From: Octopus sinensis
Taxonomy: Eukaryota
Reading direction: 5' to 3'
Length of the DNA stretch: 64,000 bases
Assembly (NCBI RefSeq): GCF_006345805.1
Contig: NC_043019.1
Coordinates: 17,297,360 to 17,361,359 of the forward strand
The translations under genes and the position numbers were made by a program. Below, in pieces: positions 1 through 11,291 of this stretch (position 1 is the first letter of the stretch; every line of letters begins with the position of its first letter). The notes below the pieces were generated by a model that saw only the letters and a program-made list of their open reading frames with translations, ran no database searches and had not been told where the DNA came from.

Positions 1-66
1 GCATGATTAACTCCTTCTGATAATTACTACAGCTGCTTTCGAACCCAACTTTTTTCCTATTTGCAG

Positions 67-281
67 TGGTTGACTCGAAGAGGACTGAATTTACAGACCC
101 CTGAACATTACCTGAGACGATCAGCTTTTCCCTCGGGGATTGTAGATCATGTTAACTCACTGTCGGAGAACCTTGCTGATTTGATTGAAAAGTCGGAGTT
201 CAGTGACATAGTGTTGTGTGTAGAAGGCGTTAACTTTAAATGTCATAAAGTCATTTTGGCTGCAAGATCGGACTATTTCAG
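67..281 (+). CDS. BTBD9: BTBD9 exon 1 in window (BTB domain N-terminal half; no ATG)
   Basis: Acceptor ...tttttcctatttgcag|; encodes ...GIVDHVNSLSENLADLIEKSEFSDIVLCVEGVNFKCHKVILAARSDYFR, matching BTBD9 as I recall it (GEIDHVHILSEHIGALL...HRVILAARCQYFR); donor AG|gttggt, phase 2. Confidence 0.9.
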
Positions 282-467
282 GTTGGTTTCCATTTTAATT
301 TTTAAAAAAATATATTTAAAATGAAAAAAAGTTTCTTTTTAGTTGACTTTGACTGATTTTTGTCTTTTATCCACTAGGTTTTGGTAAAATAGAATATACC
401 AGCAATGCACCAGGTTCACTTTAATTAACTATATGCATTAAAAAAATACTTTGTTTTTATCATTATA

Positions 468-853
468 GGCGCAGGAGTGGCTGTGTGGTAAGTAGCTTGT
501 TTACCAACCACATGGTTCCAGGTTCAGTCCCACTGCGTGGCACCTTGGGCAAGTGTCTTCTACTATAGCCTCGGGCCGACCAAAGCCTTGTGAGTGGATT
601 TGGTAGACGGAAACTGAAAGAAGCCCGTCGTATATATGTATATATATATGTGTGTGTGTGTTTGTGTGTCTGTGTTTGTCCCACGATGCTGGTGTGTTTA
701 TGTCCCCGTTACTTAGCGGTTCGGCAAAAGAGACCGATAGAATAAGTACTGGGCTTACAAAAGAATAAGTCCCGGGGTCGAGTTGCTCGATTGAAGGCGG
801 TGCTCCAGCATGGCCGCAGTCAAATGACTGAAACAAGTAAAAGAGTAAAAGAG
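468..853 (+). mobile_element. tRNA-derived SINE, family A
   Basis: Head GGCGCAGGAGTGGCTGTGTGGTAAG...GGTTCAGTCCC (A/B-box-like), central (TA)n(TG)n, tail (GTAAAAGA)n; many near-identical copies in the window. Confidence 0.9.
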
Positions 854-1240
854 TACACCAATCAAACATTGGTCTTGATTTTATATTTTGTCCTTCCAAG
901 ATTGATAAAATAAAGTACTGGTGAACTAGTTAGGTGGTACATTACTAAGTTCAATATATTTTTGCCTCAAAATGAGTTAAACTGGTAAACAAAGATGCTC
1001 CTGGTTTTCTTTTATAGTTTAATATTTTGATATCCCTTTACTTTACAACCTTTTGATAAAACAGCTTCCTTTTATTTTATTTTTGTAATTTTGTAAGTTT
1101 TGTGTTTTGGTCAGGTTAGGCTTTATTAAGAAACCCACAAATATTTGCCGGTTGGATGAGTAACAAATGGTCCGATGATTCACATGAAAGCTTTCAATCA
1201 GTGTGACAAACATCTAATTTGTCTAATTACATTCAGATAA

Positions 1241-1575
1241 GTGGAGGTGCAATGGCCCAGTGGTTAGGTCAGCGGACTTGCGGTCGTAGGATCGCGGTTT
1301 CGATTCCCAGACCGGGCGTTGTGAGTGTTTATTGAGCGAAAACACCTAAAGCTCCACAAGGCTCTGGCAGTGGGTGGTGGTGATCCCTGCTGTACTCTTT
1401 CGCCACAACTTTCTCTCACTCTTTCTTCTGTTGGCCTGCTCACTTAGCCAGCGGGGTGGTGTCATTCGAAGGCTAAAACAATGCGAAACGCATTGTGACC
1501 AGCAATGTGTAGCGCATTGTGACCAGCAATGTGTAGTAACATCTGATAGCCTGGTCGGTCACGGTCACGGTGACA
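1241..1575 (+). mobile_element. tRNA-derived SINE, family C
   Basis: Head GTGGAGGTGCAATGGCCCAGTGGTTAGG...GGTTTCGATTCC; reverse copies at about 23530-23813, 25470-25703 and 33735-34043. Confidence 0.8.
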
Positions 1576-1619
1576 TTTAGATAAGTATCAATTCTTCTGT
1601 ATGATTTCAAAGAGTTGGA

Positions 1620-2070
1620 ATCAGAGGTTTTGTGTTGCAATTCTACAGTGCTAGTTTGAGCAGGAATTTCTTAGTTGCCATCTTCAGTTAGAGAAAGGAG
1701 AGAGGCAATGTTGGGTTCTTTTAGAATGTTGGCATTGGTGGAATTGAGGTATTTGATGTTTGGTTTAGTGGGGAAATGGGTGAGATGGAAATTCTTAGGG
1801 TTATAGTTCTAGAGAGAAAGAATCAGGTGAGGTATTTAGGGTGGGTGGGGAGGTAAACATAGAGAGACACAATGCAAGCAAAATGAGGCAGTAGTGGTCA
1901 TGGCTGGATTGAGGGTTTCTAATCTGATAGGATGGAGGAACAGAGACTGTTGATGTAGAAAAGAAAAGGAACTGCGAGAAAATAGTGTGTCTGTGAAGAG
2001 ATTGTTGTCTAGCTCCAAATCAGCCTTCAGTGAGCAGGCCTATAATTTCAGGTATTCCTATCATGACCAT
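1620..2070 (-). mobile_element. Decayed LINE endonuclease-region fragment
   Basis: Minus-strand remnants (HDRN, CLPPHP) resemble the APE domain of CR1/L2 LINEs; many stops. Confidence 0.4.
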
Positions 2071-2280
2071 CTCAATTTATTTATCTAATACTACCTTATC
2101 CAATGTATTCTTTGTTTTTTGAAGAAAGTAGGGTAGGATTTGAGAAGATCTAGACACTGTTTCTAACAGTTTGAAGACCATGTGGATGCAGCTATGTTGG
2201 TTCCCAGGGTTATAATGAATTGGTTTGTGGGTCTTTTGCTAATCACACATGGTGTAAGATGTTAAGGTTGCAAACTTTAA

Positions 2281-2504
2281 CCCTTAAAAGCATTTAAACT
2301 GGCCATATCCAGCCCAAATATTCTTTCTATTTTATATTCAAACTGGCCAGATCCTGCTTCTCACAGCTATCCCACAATGTCATTCTAAAACTAAAAACAA
2401 TTACATCATTGAAATCTCAAAGCTATGAGACAATGCATTGGTAACTCAAAGGAATGTGACTATATAAACATAGGATTGAACAAAGTAAACTGAATGCTAA
2501 AGGG
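2281..2504. mobile_element. piggyBac-type MITE; second copy 4739-4955 in opposite orientation
   Basis: TTAA|CCCTT..AGCATT ... AATGCTAAAGGG|TTAT. Confidence 0.65.
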
Positions 2505-2901
2505 TTATGCTTTAAACTATGGTCCCACTCTGAGTGCCCTTGAATATTATTCTTTTGCAGAGAATTGACTCTGTTGTAACCATTCGAACCAGGATCTCTA
2601 GTTTAGGGATAAGTTACTGTGATAGGGTGTACAACTTTCTACTCAGACACTTTTGAATCCAAAGTTTCATTTTCTCCTCTCACCATCAATGTCAATCTCT
2701 AATTTGAGAATAAGTAACCGATATCACGATGTCCTGCTTCTTACTAGAGGAACTTCTGAGCCAGTGTTTCATTTTCTCCTCCCACCATCAGTGGTCAGGA
2801 CCTCCTCTCCCAAGGGACATGGGTACTTGCTTTCTTTGTCTCACTAAACCATAAATTGGATGTATTTGTTGTCTCTGATTATTTCCTTCTTAATTCATCA
2901 G

Positions 2902-3037
2902 AGCATTGTTATACGGCGGAATGCTGGAGTCTCAGCCAGGAACCAAGAAAATAGAACTGCAGAATACTTCTGCTAAAGCATTTGATGCCTTAAGGAAATA
3001 CATGTACAGTGGACGCATCAATCTGGTGGAAGCCAAG
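2902..3037 (+). CDS. BTBD9: BTBD9 exon 2
   Basis: catcag|A GCA TTG TTA TAC GGC GGA ATG: (R)ALLYGGMLESQPGTKKIELQNTSAKAFDALRKYMYSGRINLVEAK; donor |gtaagg; phase 2 to 0. Not in the ORF track. Confidence 0.95.
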
Positions 3038-3572
3038 GTAAGGAAGCTCTCTTATCCTTGCCCGTGTGCCTGTCAGTGACTGTGTGTATGTGTTCTGTGT
3101 ATCTGTTATATTCTCTATGTGTGTGCATTCAAATTTGTGATATTCCTACCATTTTTATCATTGCCAACAATTTTATTTATATGTAAAAAAACAAAACACT
3201 TCCAAATACATAACCACCTAAGGAGACTTCTTGGGTTTGTGTGTGTATATTTTTGTATGTCATAAAATGTGTGAAGCTGTCTAGTTGCTTGATCTGGAAA
3301 TAACAGCCAAATCTCCCTCAGTGTCACATGCTAACATTTTAAAAGACAGGAGGCCTCTTATCCTTGCGTGTATGTGTATCTGTTATATTCTGTGTATATG
3401 TGTGTTCAAATTTGTGATACTCCTACCATTTTTATCATGATCAACAATTTAATCAAGAGGTAAAAAAAAAAAATATCTAAATACTGAACACCACCACAAA
3501 GAAACAAAAACAAAGAACATTTTTTTTGTCACTTCCTTATTTTATTTTATATTATTTTTTAATATTTTCTAG

Positions 3573-3803
3573 GAAGAGAATCTATTGGACATTTTAGGCT
3601 TAGCTCATCAATATGGTTTTGTGGAACTGGAATCTTCCATCTCTGACTACCTCAAAGCCACACTTAACATTCAAAATGTCTGTCTGATATATGACCTGGC
3701 TAATATGTACAGTTTGATCTCACTCAGTCAGGTGTGTAAAGAATTCATAGACCGTAACGCTCTGGAAATACTTTGCAGCACTTCTTTCTGTAGTTTATCA
3801 GAG
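3573..3803 (+). CDS. BTBD9: BTBD9 exon 3 (BTB end / BACK start)
   Basis: ttttctag|GAA; EENLLDILGLAHQYGFVELESSISDYLKATLNIQNVC...SFCSLSE; |gtaagt; 231 nt, phase 0 to 0. Confidence 0.95.
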
Positions 3804-3845
3804 GTAAGTTTGTATTATTGTTTGCTGTTAATCATTTTAATACCA

Positions 3846-4068
3846 ATTTCTTTATTACCCACAAGGGGCTAAACACAGAGGGGACAAACAAGGACAGACA
3901 TAGGTATTAAGTTGATTACATTGACCCCAGTGCGTAACTGGTACTTAATTTATCGACCCCGAAAGGATGAAAGGCAAAGTCGACCTCGGCGGAATTTGAA
4001 CTCACAATGTAATGCAGACGAAATACCGCTAAGCATTTCGCCTGGCGTGCTAACGTTTCTGCCAGCCT
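3846..4068 (-). mobile_element. SINE family B
   Basis: Reverse of AAGGCGGCGAGCTGGCAGAAACGTTAGCA...GAGTTCAAATTCCGCCGAGGTCGAC...GCCCCTTGTGGGTAATAAAGAAAT; further copies at 10072-10290 (-), 14405-14582 (-), 20130-20430 (+), 37655-37888 (-), 58690-58865 (-). Confidence 0.85.
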
Positions 4069-4128
4069 ACCTGTATGTGTGTGTGTGTAGAAGATAGTAA
4101 GGGGTCAGTTTATGGAAATTTGGCTACT

Positions 4129-4531
4129 GGCGTGGCTGTGTGGTAAGAAGTTTGCTTCTCAATCACATGATTCTGAGTTCAGTCCCACTGTGTGGCACCT
4201 TGGCCAAGTGTCTTCTACTATAGCCATGGGCTGACCAAACCCCTGTGAGTGGATTTGGTAGATGGAGACTGGAAAAAGCTTGTTGCGTGTGTGTGTATAA
4301 TGTGTCTGTATATATAATTGTGTGTGTGTGTGTGTCACCACTGCTTGACAACCAGTGTTGGTGTGTTTATGTCACTGTAACTTAGCAGTTCAGCTAAAGA
4401 GACTGATAGAATATGTACCAGGTTTAAAAAGAAAATAAGTACTGGGATTGATTAGTTTGACCGAAATTCTTCAAGGTGGTGCTCCAGCATGGCCACAGTC
4501 TGTGACTGAAACAGTAAAAAGATAAAAAAGA
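4129..4531 (+). mobile_element. SINE family A, diverged copy
   Basis: Same head, body and tail motifs as 468-853. Confidence 0.8.
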
Positions 4532-5421
4532 TTAATTTGTTGTATGTCAAATGACAATGTAAAGGCTCCCTCATTGACCATATTGCTTTTTATGCATTTA
4601 GGGTCCTTCCATCATAGAGTGCTCTCTTTTATTTTGCAAGCTTCATAACTGTGCTGGTGCCACAAAAAGCACCACATACATTCAAAGTGTTTGGTAATCA
4701 ATTTAAACAACAACTCAGGGCTTCAGAGGACTTTTTAACCCTTTAGCATTCAGATTATTCTGTCCAATGTATTGCTTATTTATTTACATTGTTTTAAATT
4801 AATCACATATCTTTTAGCTTCAAGATTTCAATATTGTGATTGTATATTTTTAGGAGGACATTGTAGGATAGGTGTGAGAGGTTGGATCTGGTCAGTTTTA
4901 ACACAAAACAGGCAAAATATTGGGGCTGAATATGGCTGAATTACATGCTAAAGTGTTAATCTTGCTGATGGCAAGTAACTTCTATAATGCTGGTGCCTTG
5001 GAAAGTGTGGAAAGGTTGGTGTTAGGAAGAGCATCAACCTGTAGAAACATGGTCCTCTGACCCACCGAATCCTGCTGTGCTAGCCTACCCATGTTTCCAG
5101 TGTGGGTACGAAGATGATGGTGATGGTTTGTAACATTGATACAAAGCAATTTTTTTTTGTGTGCGTGGATGGCACCTTGAGCAAGTATCTTCTATTATAG
5201 TCTCAGGCTAACCAAAGCCTTGTGAGTGGATTTGGTAGATGGAAACTGATAGAAGACCATCGTGTATGTGTGTGTGTGTGCATGTCTTTGTGTTTGTCCC
5301 CACCATCACTGCCTGGCAACCAGTGTTGGTGTGTTTATGTCCCCATAACTTAGCGATTCAGCAAAAGAAACCAACAGAATAATCAATATATAATCAATTT
5401 AAACTGACTCTTTTCCTTTAA

Positions 5422-5842
5422 CCCTTTTGATGTCATTCTGCCTGAGATTGCTCCTTGGTTCTATGCTACGAACCTCCTCTTTTAAAGGGATCTGAATTAA
5501 AACCGTCCATCAAATTTTCACATTAATCTAAGTTCCAAATACCAGCTTAACAATGGTTTCAAATTTTGGCACAAGGCCAGCAAGTTTAGGGCTGGGGATA
5601 AATTGATTACATTGACCCCAGTATTCAACTGGTACTTATCGACTCTGAAAGGGATGAAAGGCAAAGTTGACCCTAGCAAAATTGCCACTAAGCACTTTGA
5701 CTGGTGTGCTAACGATCCAGCCAGCTCGTCGCCTTAAATACCAGCTTAATAATGACAGTTATTTTATTAAATTTTTCATTACTTTTCAAAATTAATTGAA
5801 ACAAAAGCAAGTTATTCCAACAATAATATGGTAACAAAAGGA
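5422..5842. mobile_element. piggyBac-type MITE with nested SINE B (5551-5735)
   Basis: TTAA|CCCTTTTG...CAAAAGGA|TTAA; SINE flanked by a 14-bp AAATACCAGCTTAA duplication. Confidence 0.7.
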
Positions 5843-6220
5843 TTAATATTTTCTCTTGATGACGCTCACCTACCAGAAAGCAAAGTTAACCTCACAAAAT
5901 TTGAAATGGTTGTAAAGAAACTTAACTAAATACCATTAGACATTTTATCTGAATTCTAGTAACTTTGACGATCCACTCTCCAAATATGTGTAAAACTGAT
6001 TTTTCATCCACTTTTCCATGCCTTAGACAAAACTTTGAGGTCACCTGTTTCCAAGTAAAGTCGTAATCCCCCCACCCCCCAGTGTACTGAACATAGACTA
6101 TCCAGACATACTTTCACAGTGGACTGCAAACAACATTGTATGAGTGGTTTACAGACTTTTATTTACAGTCAGTGCACTTTCGCATACACATTATATATAT
6201 ATATATATATTATATATATG

Positions 6221-7206
6221 GTACAGGTGTGGCTGTGTGGTAAGAAGCTTGCTTCTCAACCACATGGTTCCAGGTTCAGTCCCACTGCATGGCATCTTGG
6301 ACAAGTGTTTTCTATTATAGTCTCAAGCCTTGTGAGTGGATTTGGTAGATGGAAACTGATAGAAGACCATCGTGTATATATATATATGTGTGTATGTGTA
6401 TGTGTGTGCATGTCTTTGTGCCCCCTGTCACTGCATGACAACCGGTGTTGGTGTGTTTATGTCTCCATAACTTAGCGGTTCAGCAAAAGAAACCAACAGA
6501 ATAAGCGCTCAGCATAACAAATAAGTCCTGGGGTTGATTTGTTCAACTAAAACCCCTTCCAGATGGTGCTCCAGCATGGCCACAGTTAGATGACTAAAAC
6601 AAATAAAAGAATGTGTGTACATAATCACCACTGATGTTAATGTGAAGACACAGACAGTGTTTTCACATTGACACCACTGCTGACACTGTTTATATCACAC
6701 AGAAGCAAAAAGATTTGTCATCCAGCACTTCATACAAAATTGTCGGATAATGTATTTCACATGAAAACAAAAGTTGGCATCAAGAAGATCATCAGCCAAA
6801 GAATAACCCTTCAACAAGTCTAGGCGTAGGAGTGGCTGTGTGGTAAGTAGCTTGCTAACCAACCACATGGTTGCGGGTTCAGTCCCACTGGGTGGCATCT
6901 TGGGCAAGTGTCTTCTGCTATAGCCCCGGGCCGACCAATGCCTTGTGAGTGGATTTGGTAGACGGAAACTGAAAGAAGCCTGTCGTATATATGTATATGT
7001 ATGTGTCTGTGTTTGTCCCCCTAGCATTGCTTGACAACCGATGCTGGTGTGATTATGTCCCCGTCACTTAGCGGTTCGGCAAAAGAGACCGATAGAATAA
7101 GTACTGGGCTTACAAAGAATAAGTCCTGGGGTCGATTTGCTCAACTAAAGGTGGTGCCCAGCATGGCCGCAGTCAAATGACTGAAACAAGTAAAAGAGTA
7201 AAAGAG
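6221..7206 (+). mobile_element. Two SINE family A copies (6221-6610, 6823-7206)
   Basis: Both show head, microsatellite centre and tail. Confidence 0.85.
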
Positions 7207-7325
7207 TAAGTCTTGTTCAACCCACACAAGCATGGAGGGGGGGGTTTGAAAGAGACAAAACCAACCATGATGATTGACCATAATTGTTGTAGTGAAATAA
7301 TGACCCTTTTCTTTTTCTTTTCTAG

Positions 7326-7590
7326 TCATCTGTCAAAGAACTTTTGTCTCGTGATTCATTTTGTGCCCAAGAAATCAAGATCTTTCATGCCATCTGTAAA
7401 TGGTGTGAATGCAACCCTGGTGTAGACCGTGCTTCTGTGTTGGAAGCTGTACGATTGCCACTCATCTCAATAAAAGACCTTTTTGAGGTTGTACGGCCGA
7501 CGAATCTTGTGTCACCAAATGCCATATTGGATGCCATCCAAGTTATCTGGGAATGTCGTGGAATGGATCTCAAGTACCGGGGCTTTCTTG
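7326..7590 (+). CDS. BTBD9: BTBD9 exon 4 (BACK domain)
   Basis: tttctag|TCA; SSVKELLSRDSFCAQEIKIF...VRLPLISIKDLFEVVRPTNLVSPNAILDAI...MDLKYRGFL; G|gtatga; phase 0 to 1. Confidence 0.95.
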
Positions 7591-7754
7591 GTATGATTTT
7601 TCCTAATTTTTCTTTTTGATGATTTGTCTTGAATAGAACACTGCACTCTATGCACTGCTACTCGCTTTTCTATCTGTAAATTCATTCTAGTTTATTCTAT
7701 CCATTTCACAGTCCACATTTACTGCCAGTATTCTGTACTGGTTAATCACACACT

Positions 7755-8240
7755 CACGTGCACATCAGCACTTGCACATGTCCACACAGGAACATTTTCA
7801 CATGCATACATACACAGACATCCACATGCATGCACACACACACACACACACACACATTCATGTGCATGTCAGCATCCACAAGCACATGTACCCATTCATG
7901 CGCACATGTCCACACTTACACACATGTCCACTCATGCACACATATCCACACACATGCACACTCACCTCCATATGCACATACGTCCACACATGTACACACA
8001 CACAGACATGTTGACACGCATACACGACTCACATGCACACACACACACACACACACAGAGATTCACATGCACGCACTCAGACATCCACACACATGCACAC
8101 ACACATATCCACACTCACCTCCATATGCACATACATCCACACATGCACACACACATATGTTGACACGCATACATGACTCACACGCACACATTCACATGTG
8201 CGCACTCAGACATTCACATGCACACACACACACACCCATT
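7755..8240. repeat. CA/CACATG-rich degenerate minisatellite
   Basis: Low-complexity His/Thr ORFs; internal duplication of about 150 bp. Confidence 0.8.
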
Positions 8241-8341
8241 CACATCTCTCTTTTTTTCCTGTTTTAAAGACTGTTTTTTTTTTGTTTCATTCTATATATT
8301 TTCTGTAAAAGCTAAGGAGTTCCTTGTTTTGTTCGTTTCAG

Positions 8342-8561
8342 TACCGGAGGAAAATATTGCCACAATTAGCCATGGTGCCCAGGTTATTAAGGGTGAGATG
8401 AGAACAGCTCTGCTGGACGGGGACACTCAGATGTATGACTTTGACCGAGGCTTCACCCGGCATCCAATTGACGACAACAATGGTCAAGGTATCGTCATCG
8501 AACTGGGCCAGCCATACATAATCAACACCATCAAGATGCTGCTTTGGGACAGGGACATGAG
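8342..8561 (+). CDS. BTBD9: BTBD9 exon 5 (first discoidin-like repeat)
   Basis: tttcag|TA; VPEENIATISHGAQVIKGEMRTALLDGDTQMYDFDRGFTRHPIDD...LGQPYIINTIKMLLWDRDMR; |gtgagt; phase 1 to 2. Confidence 0.97.
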
Positions 8562-8689
8562 GTGAGTGGTAGTGCTACTTAGCAGGGGACAGATTTCTTT
8601 ATCTTTTCTTTGATGATCCTACCTGTGTCATGTTAGAGATTTTGGGTAACACCGAGTGGATCCGCATGCCTCTTTGCACATCTGTGTAT

Positions 8690-9135
8690 TTGAGTGGGCT
8701 TGTGTGTGTGTTAAGGTGTGTATAAATGTACCTGAGAATGTGTGTATTTGTGCTTGTGTGTACATGTGTGTGTGTGTGTATATATATTCATGTAATCATC
8801 ATCATCGTTCATCACCATTTAACGTCCGTTTTCCATGCTGGCATAGGTTGGATGGTTTCATAGGAGCTGGCCAACGTGTCTATAAATGTATTTGAGAATG
8901 TGTGTGTGTGTGTGTGTGTGTGTATGTTCACGTGTCTATAAATACACCTAAGAATGTGTGTCTACATGCGTGTGTGTGTGTGTGTTTCTGTGTTTATAAA
9001 TGTATGTTAGAATGTGTGTAACTGCATGTGTGTATGTTCATGTGTGTCTATAAATGCATCAGAGAATGTGTGTATCTACGCTTGTGTTTGTGTATTCATG
9101 TGTCTATAAATGAACTTGAGAATGTGTGTGTGTGA
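8690..9135. repeat. Minisatellite of about 55-65 bp units (GTCTATAAATG...GAGAATGTGTGT)
   Basis: At least 6 recognisable units, interrupted by a retroposon tail at about 8795-8875. Confidence 0.7.
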
Positions 9136-9319
9136 GGATGGCAAGATAATGTTGGATGAGATTCTCTTTGTCTTCACAACCACTTCAACTGTGACCACTG
9201 CCCACTATTATTACTACCGTGACTGTCATTCCGTATTCCACCATAATCACAGTTTCTAGCATCTCCCTCAGTTCTATTATGTGTCATCAACACCGCAATG
9301 TCTCTCTATTTTCCGACAG

Positions 9320-9439
9320 GTCGTATTCCTACTACATTGAGGTATCGATGGATGACAAAGATTATCAGCGAATCATTGATCACACCAAATATTTGTGTCG
9401 GTCCTGGCAGACGCTACACTTCCCAGCAAAGGTTGTCAG
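9320..9439 (+). CDS. BTBD9: BTBD9 exon 6
   Basis: ttccgacag|G; SYSYYIEVSMDDKDYQRIIDHTKYLCRSWQTLHFPAKVVR; |gtaaga; 120 nt, phase 2 to 2. Confidence 0.96.
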
Positions 9440-11181
9440 GTAAGATGTACTTGTTTAGCTCTAGGTCAACCCTGATCCAGTAGACCAATGACCAGAGGCA
9501 TGCCAGCCATAGCCATCGGTGCCATATAAGAACAGAGAAATGGCGCTTGGGAAGCTCTCTAGCTGGCCAAGTCCTCTCAAACCGTCTAATTCACGAGAGC
9601 ATGGAGAACGGATGTTAAATGATGATGATGGAGGAACCTAGGACCATGTTATCTAATACGTCTTCTCCTAAGACACTGTGTTGTTTGAGGAAGATTTAGT
9701 TGTTATTTCTAGCACATTCAGTGACCATAGAGAGGCTCCCTCATTAGCTTATTGTCAGGTAAGTTGTTCTGGGCTGGTGTGATGGACAACATGTCAGCTA
9801 TACCAGTAATGTTACAAGTTGTTTTATCCAGTGTCTTGTCACACTTGCTGTTACCTCTATCATTTACTTTCATGTCATGTAATAACTTTTCCCTTTGGCA
9901 CACAAACTGACCCAGCCCTTTTTATTTATCACAAGAATTTCTCGTCTCCTCAGTCACATAAATTGTTGCTACTTCTATCACGCAGGCTTTTAAGCTTCTA
10001 TGTCTTATCACGCTCCTCCTATTTCTGAGCAACTGGAGACCCTATTTCTGTGCAACACAAGCCCGTTTCTTATTTCTTTACTGCCCACAAGGGGCTACAC
10101 ACAGAGGGAACAAACAAGGACAGACAAACGGATTAAGTCGATATCGACCCCAGTGCGTAACTGGTACTTATTTAATCGACTCCGAAAGGCTGAAAGGCGA
10201 AGTCGACCATGTCGGAATTTGAACTCAGAATGTAGCGGCAGATGAAATACTGTTAAGCATTTTGCCTGGCATGCTAACAGTTCTGCCAGTCACCGTTTCT
10301 GTGCAACACGAGTCCCTGTTTCTGTACAACATAAGCCCCTCCACTTCTGTTCCTCATGAACCCCCCACTTCTGCGCAACACATGCCCCCGTTTCTGCACC
10401 ACTCATGTCTCTACTCCTGTCCCATTTGAGTTCCTATTTCTCTTCCACATGTGCCTCTCATTTCTGTGTCTCTTCTGTGCCAGGCAGTTTGTAGCACATG
10501 TAGCCATCTACCACCAGTCTGTATTGCCATTATCAATGCCACCACCGCATACTATCACGTTTTATTATGCAGCTACATGTGTTAGCAATGTATATAATTT
10601 TCCACTACCATGTTGCATTCTACATGTGTCCATTGTGAATTGTGCTGCCATTGGTGTTTGGAAACCATGTGTACCATATGTCTTGATGATCTTACAATTA
10701 CAATGGACATGTAGTATGCAGCATGGTGGTAACATGGTTCATTGGTATGACATGTAGCTGCATAAAATGTGACATTTAAGGCATTCTTGCACCACATCAG
10801 AAATACATGTGAAAACATTGATAATGGAGGTACATGGCAGTATGAGTATATTGGCTGTTACCAACATTCCTACATGTATTATTGATGTAGTACATGTGTC
10901 ACCAATATGCCATGTGCTATTGACGAGGTGGGGAGGTTATGGTCACTGAATATGCTAGAAATAGCAGTTGAATCTCCTTCAAATAACACTATAACTCTCT
11001 TAAAAGGGGAAGGGACAGTAAGTTGTGATGGCCATGCCTGGAACACCTGTGTATGTCTGCTCACTCAGCTCATTTGGACAACATGCAACCACAATAATCT
11101 GCATATCCATGTTGTATGGATGTCTTCTCTATCAATGTTCCTACATGTGTTAACTATTTAACCATTCTTTTCTTTCCCCAG

Positions 11182-11291
11182 ATACATCAAAATAGTCGGC
11201 ACCCACAATACAGTCAACCGAGTGTTCCATGTGGTATCTATGGAGTGTTTCTTCACAAATCAACAATTTCATTTAGAGGAAGGCCTTATAG
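11182..11291 (+). CDS. BTBD9: BTBD9 exon 7
   Basis: tttccccag|A; YIKIVGTHNTVNRVFHVVSMECFFTNQQFHLEEGLI; G|gtaagc; phase 2 to 1. Confidence 0.96.

Noticed and set aside
463-899. Recurrent ORFs such as RRASFSFRLPNPLTRLWSARGYSRRHLPKVPRSGTEP
   Set aside because: Translations of SINE family A copies; they recur at every insertion on either strand.
7758-8267. His/Thr-rich 169-aa ORF
   Set aside because: CA-rich minisatellite in BTBD9 intron 4.
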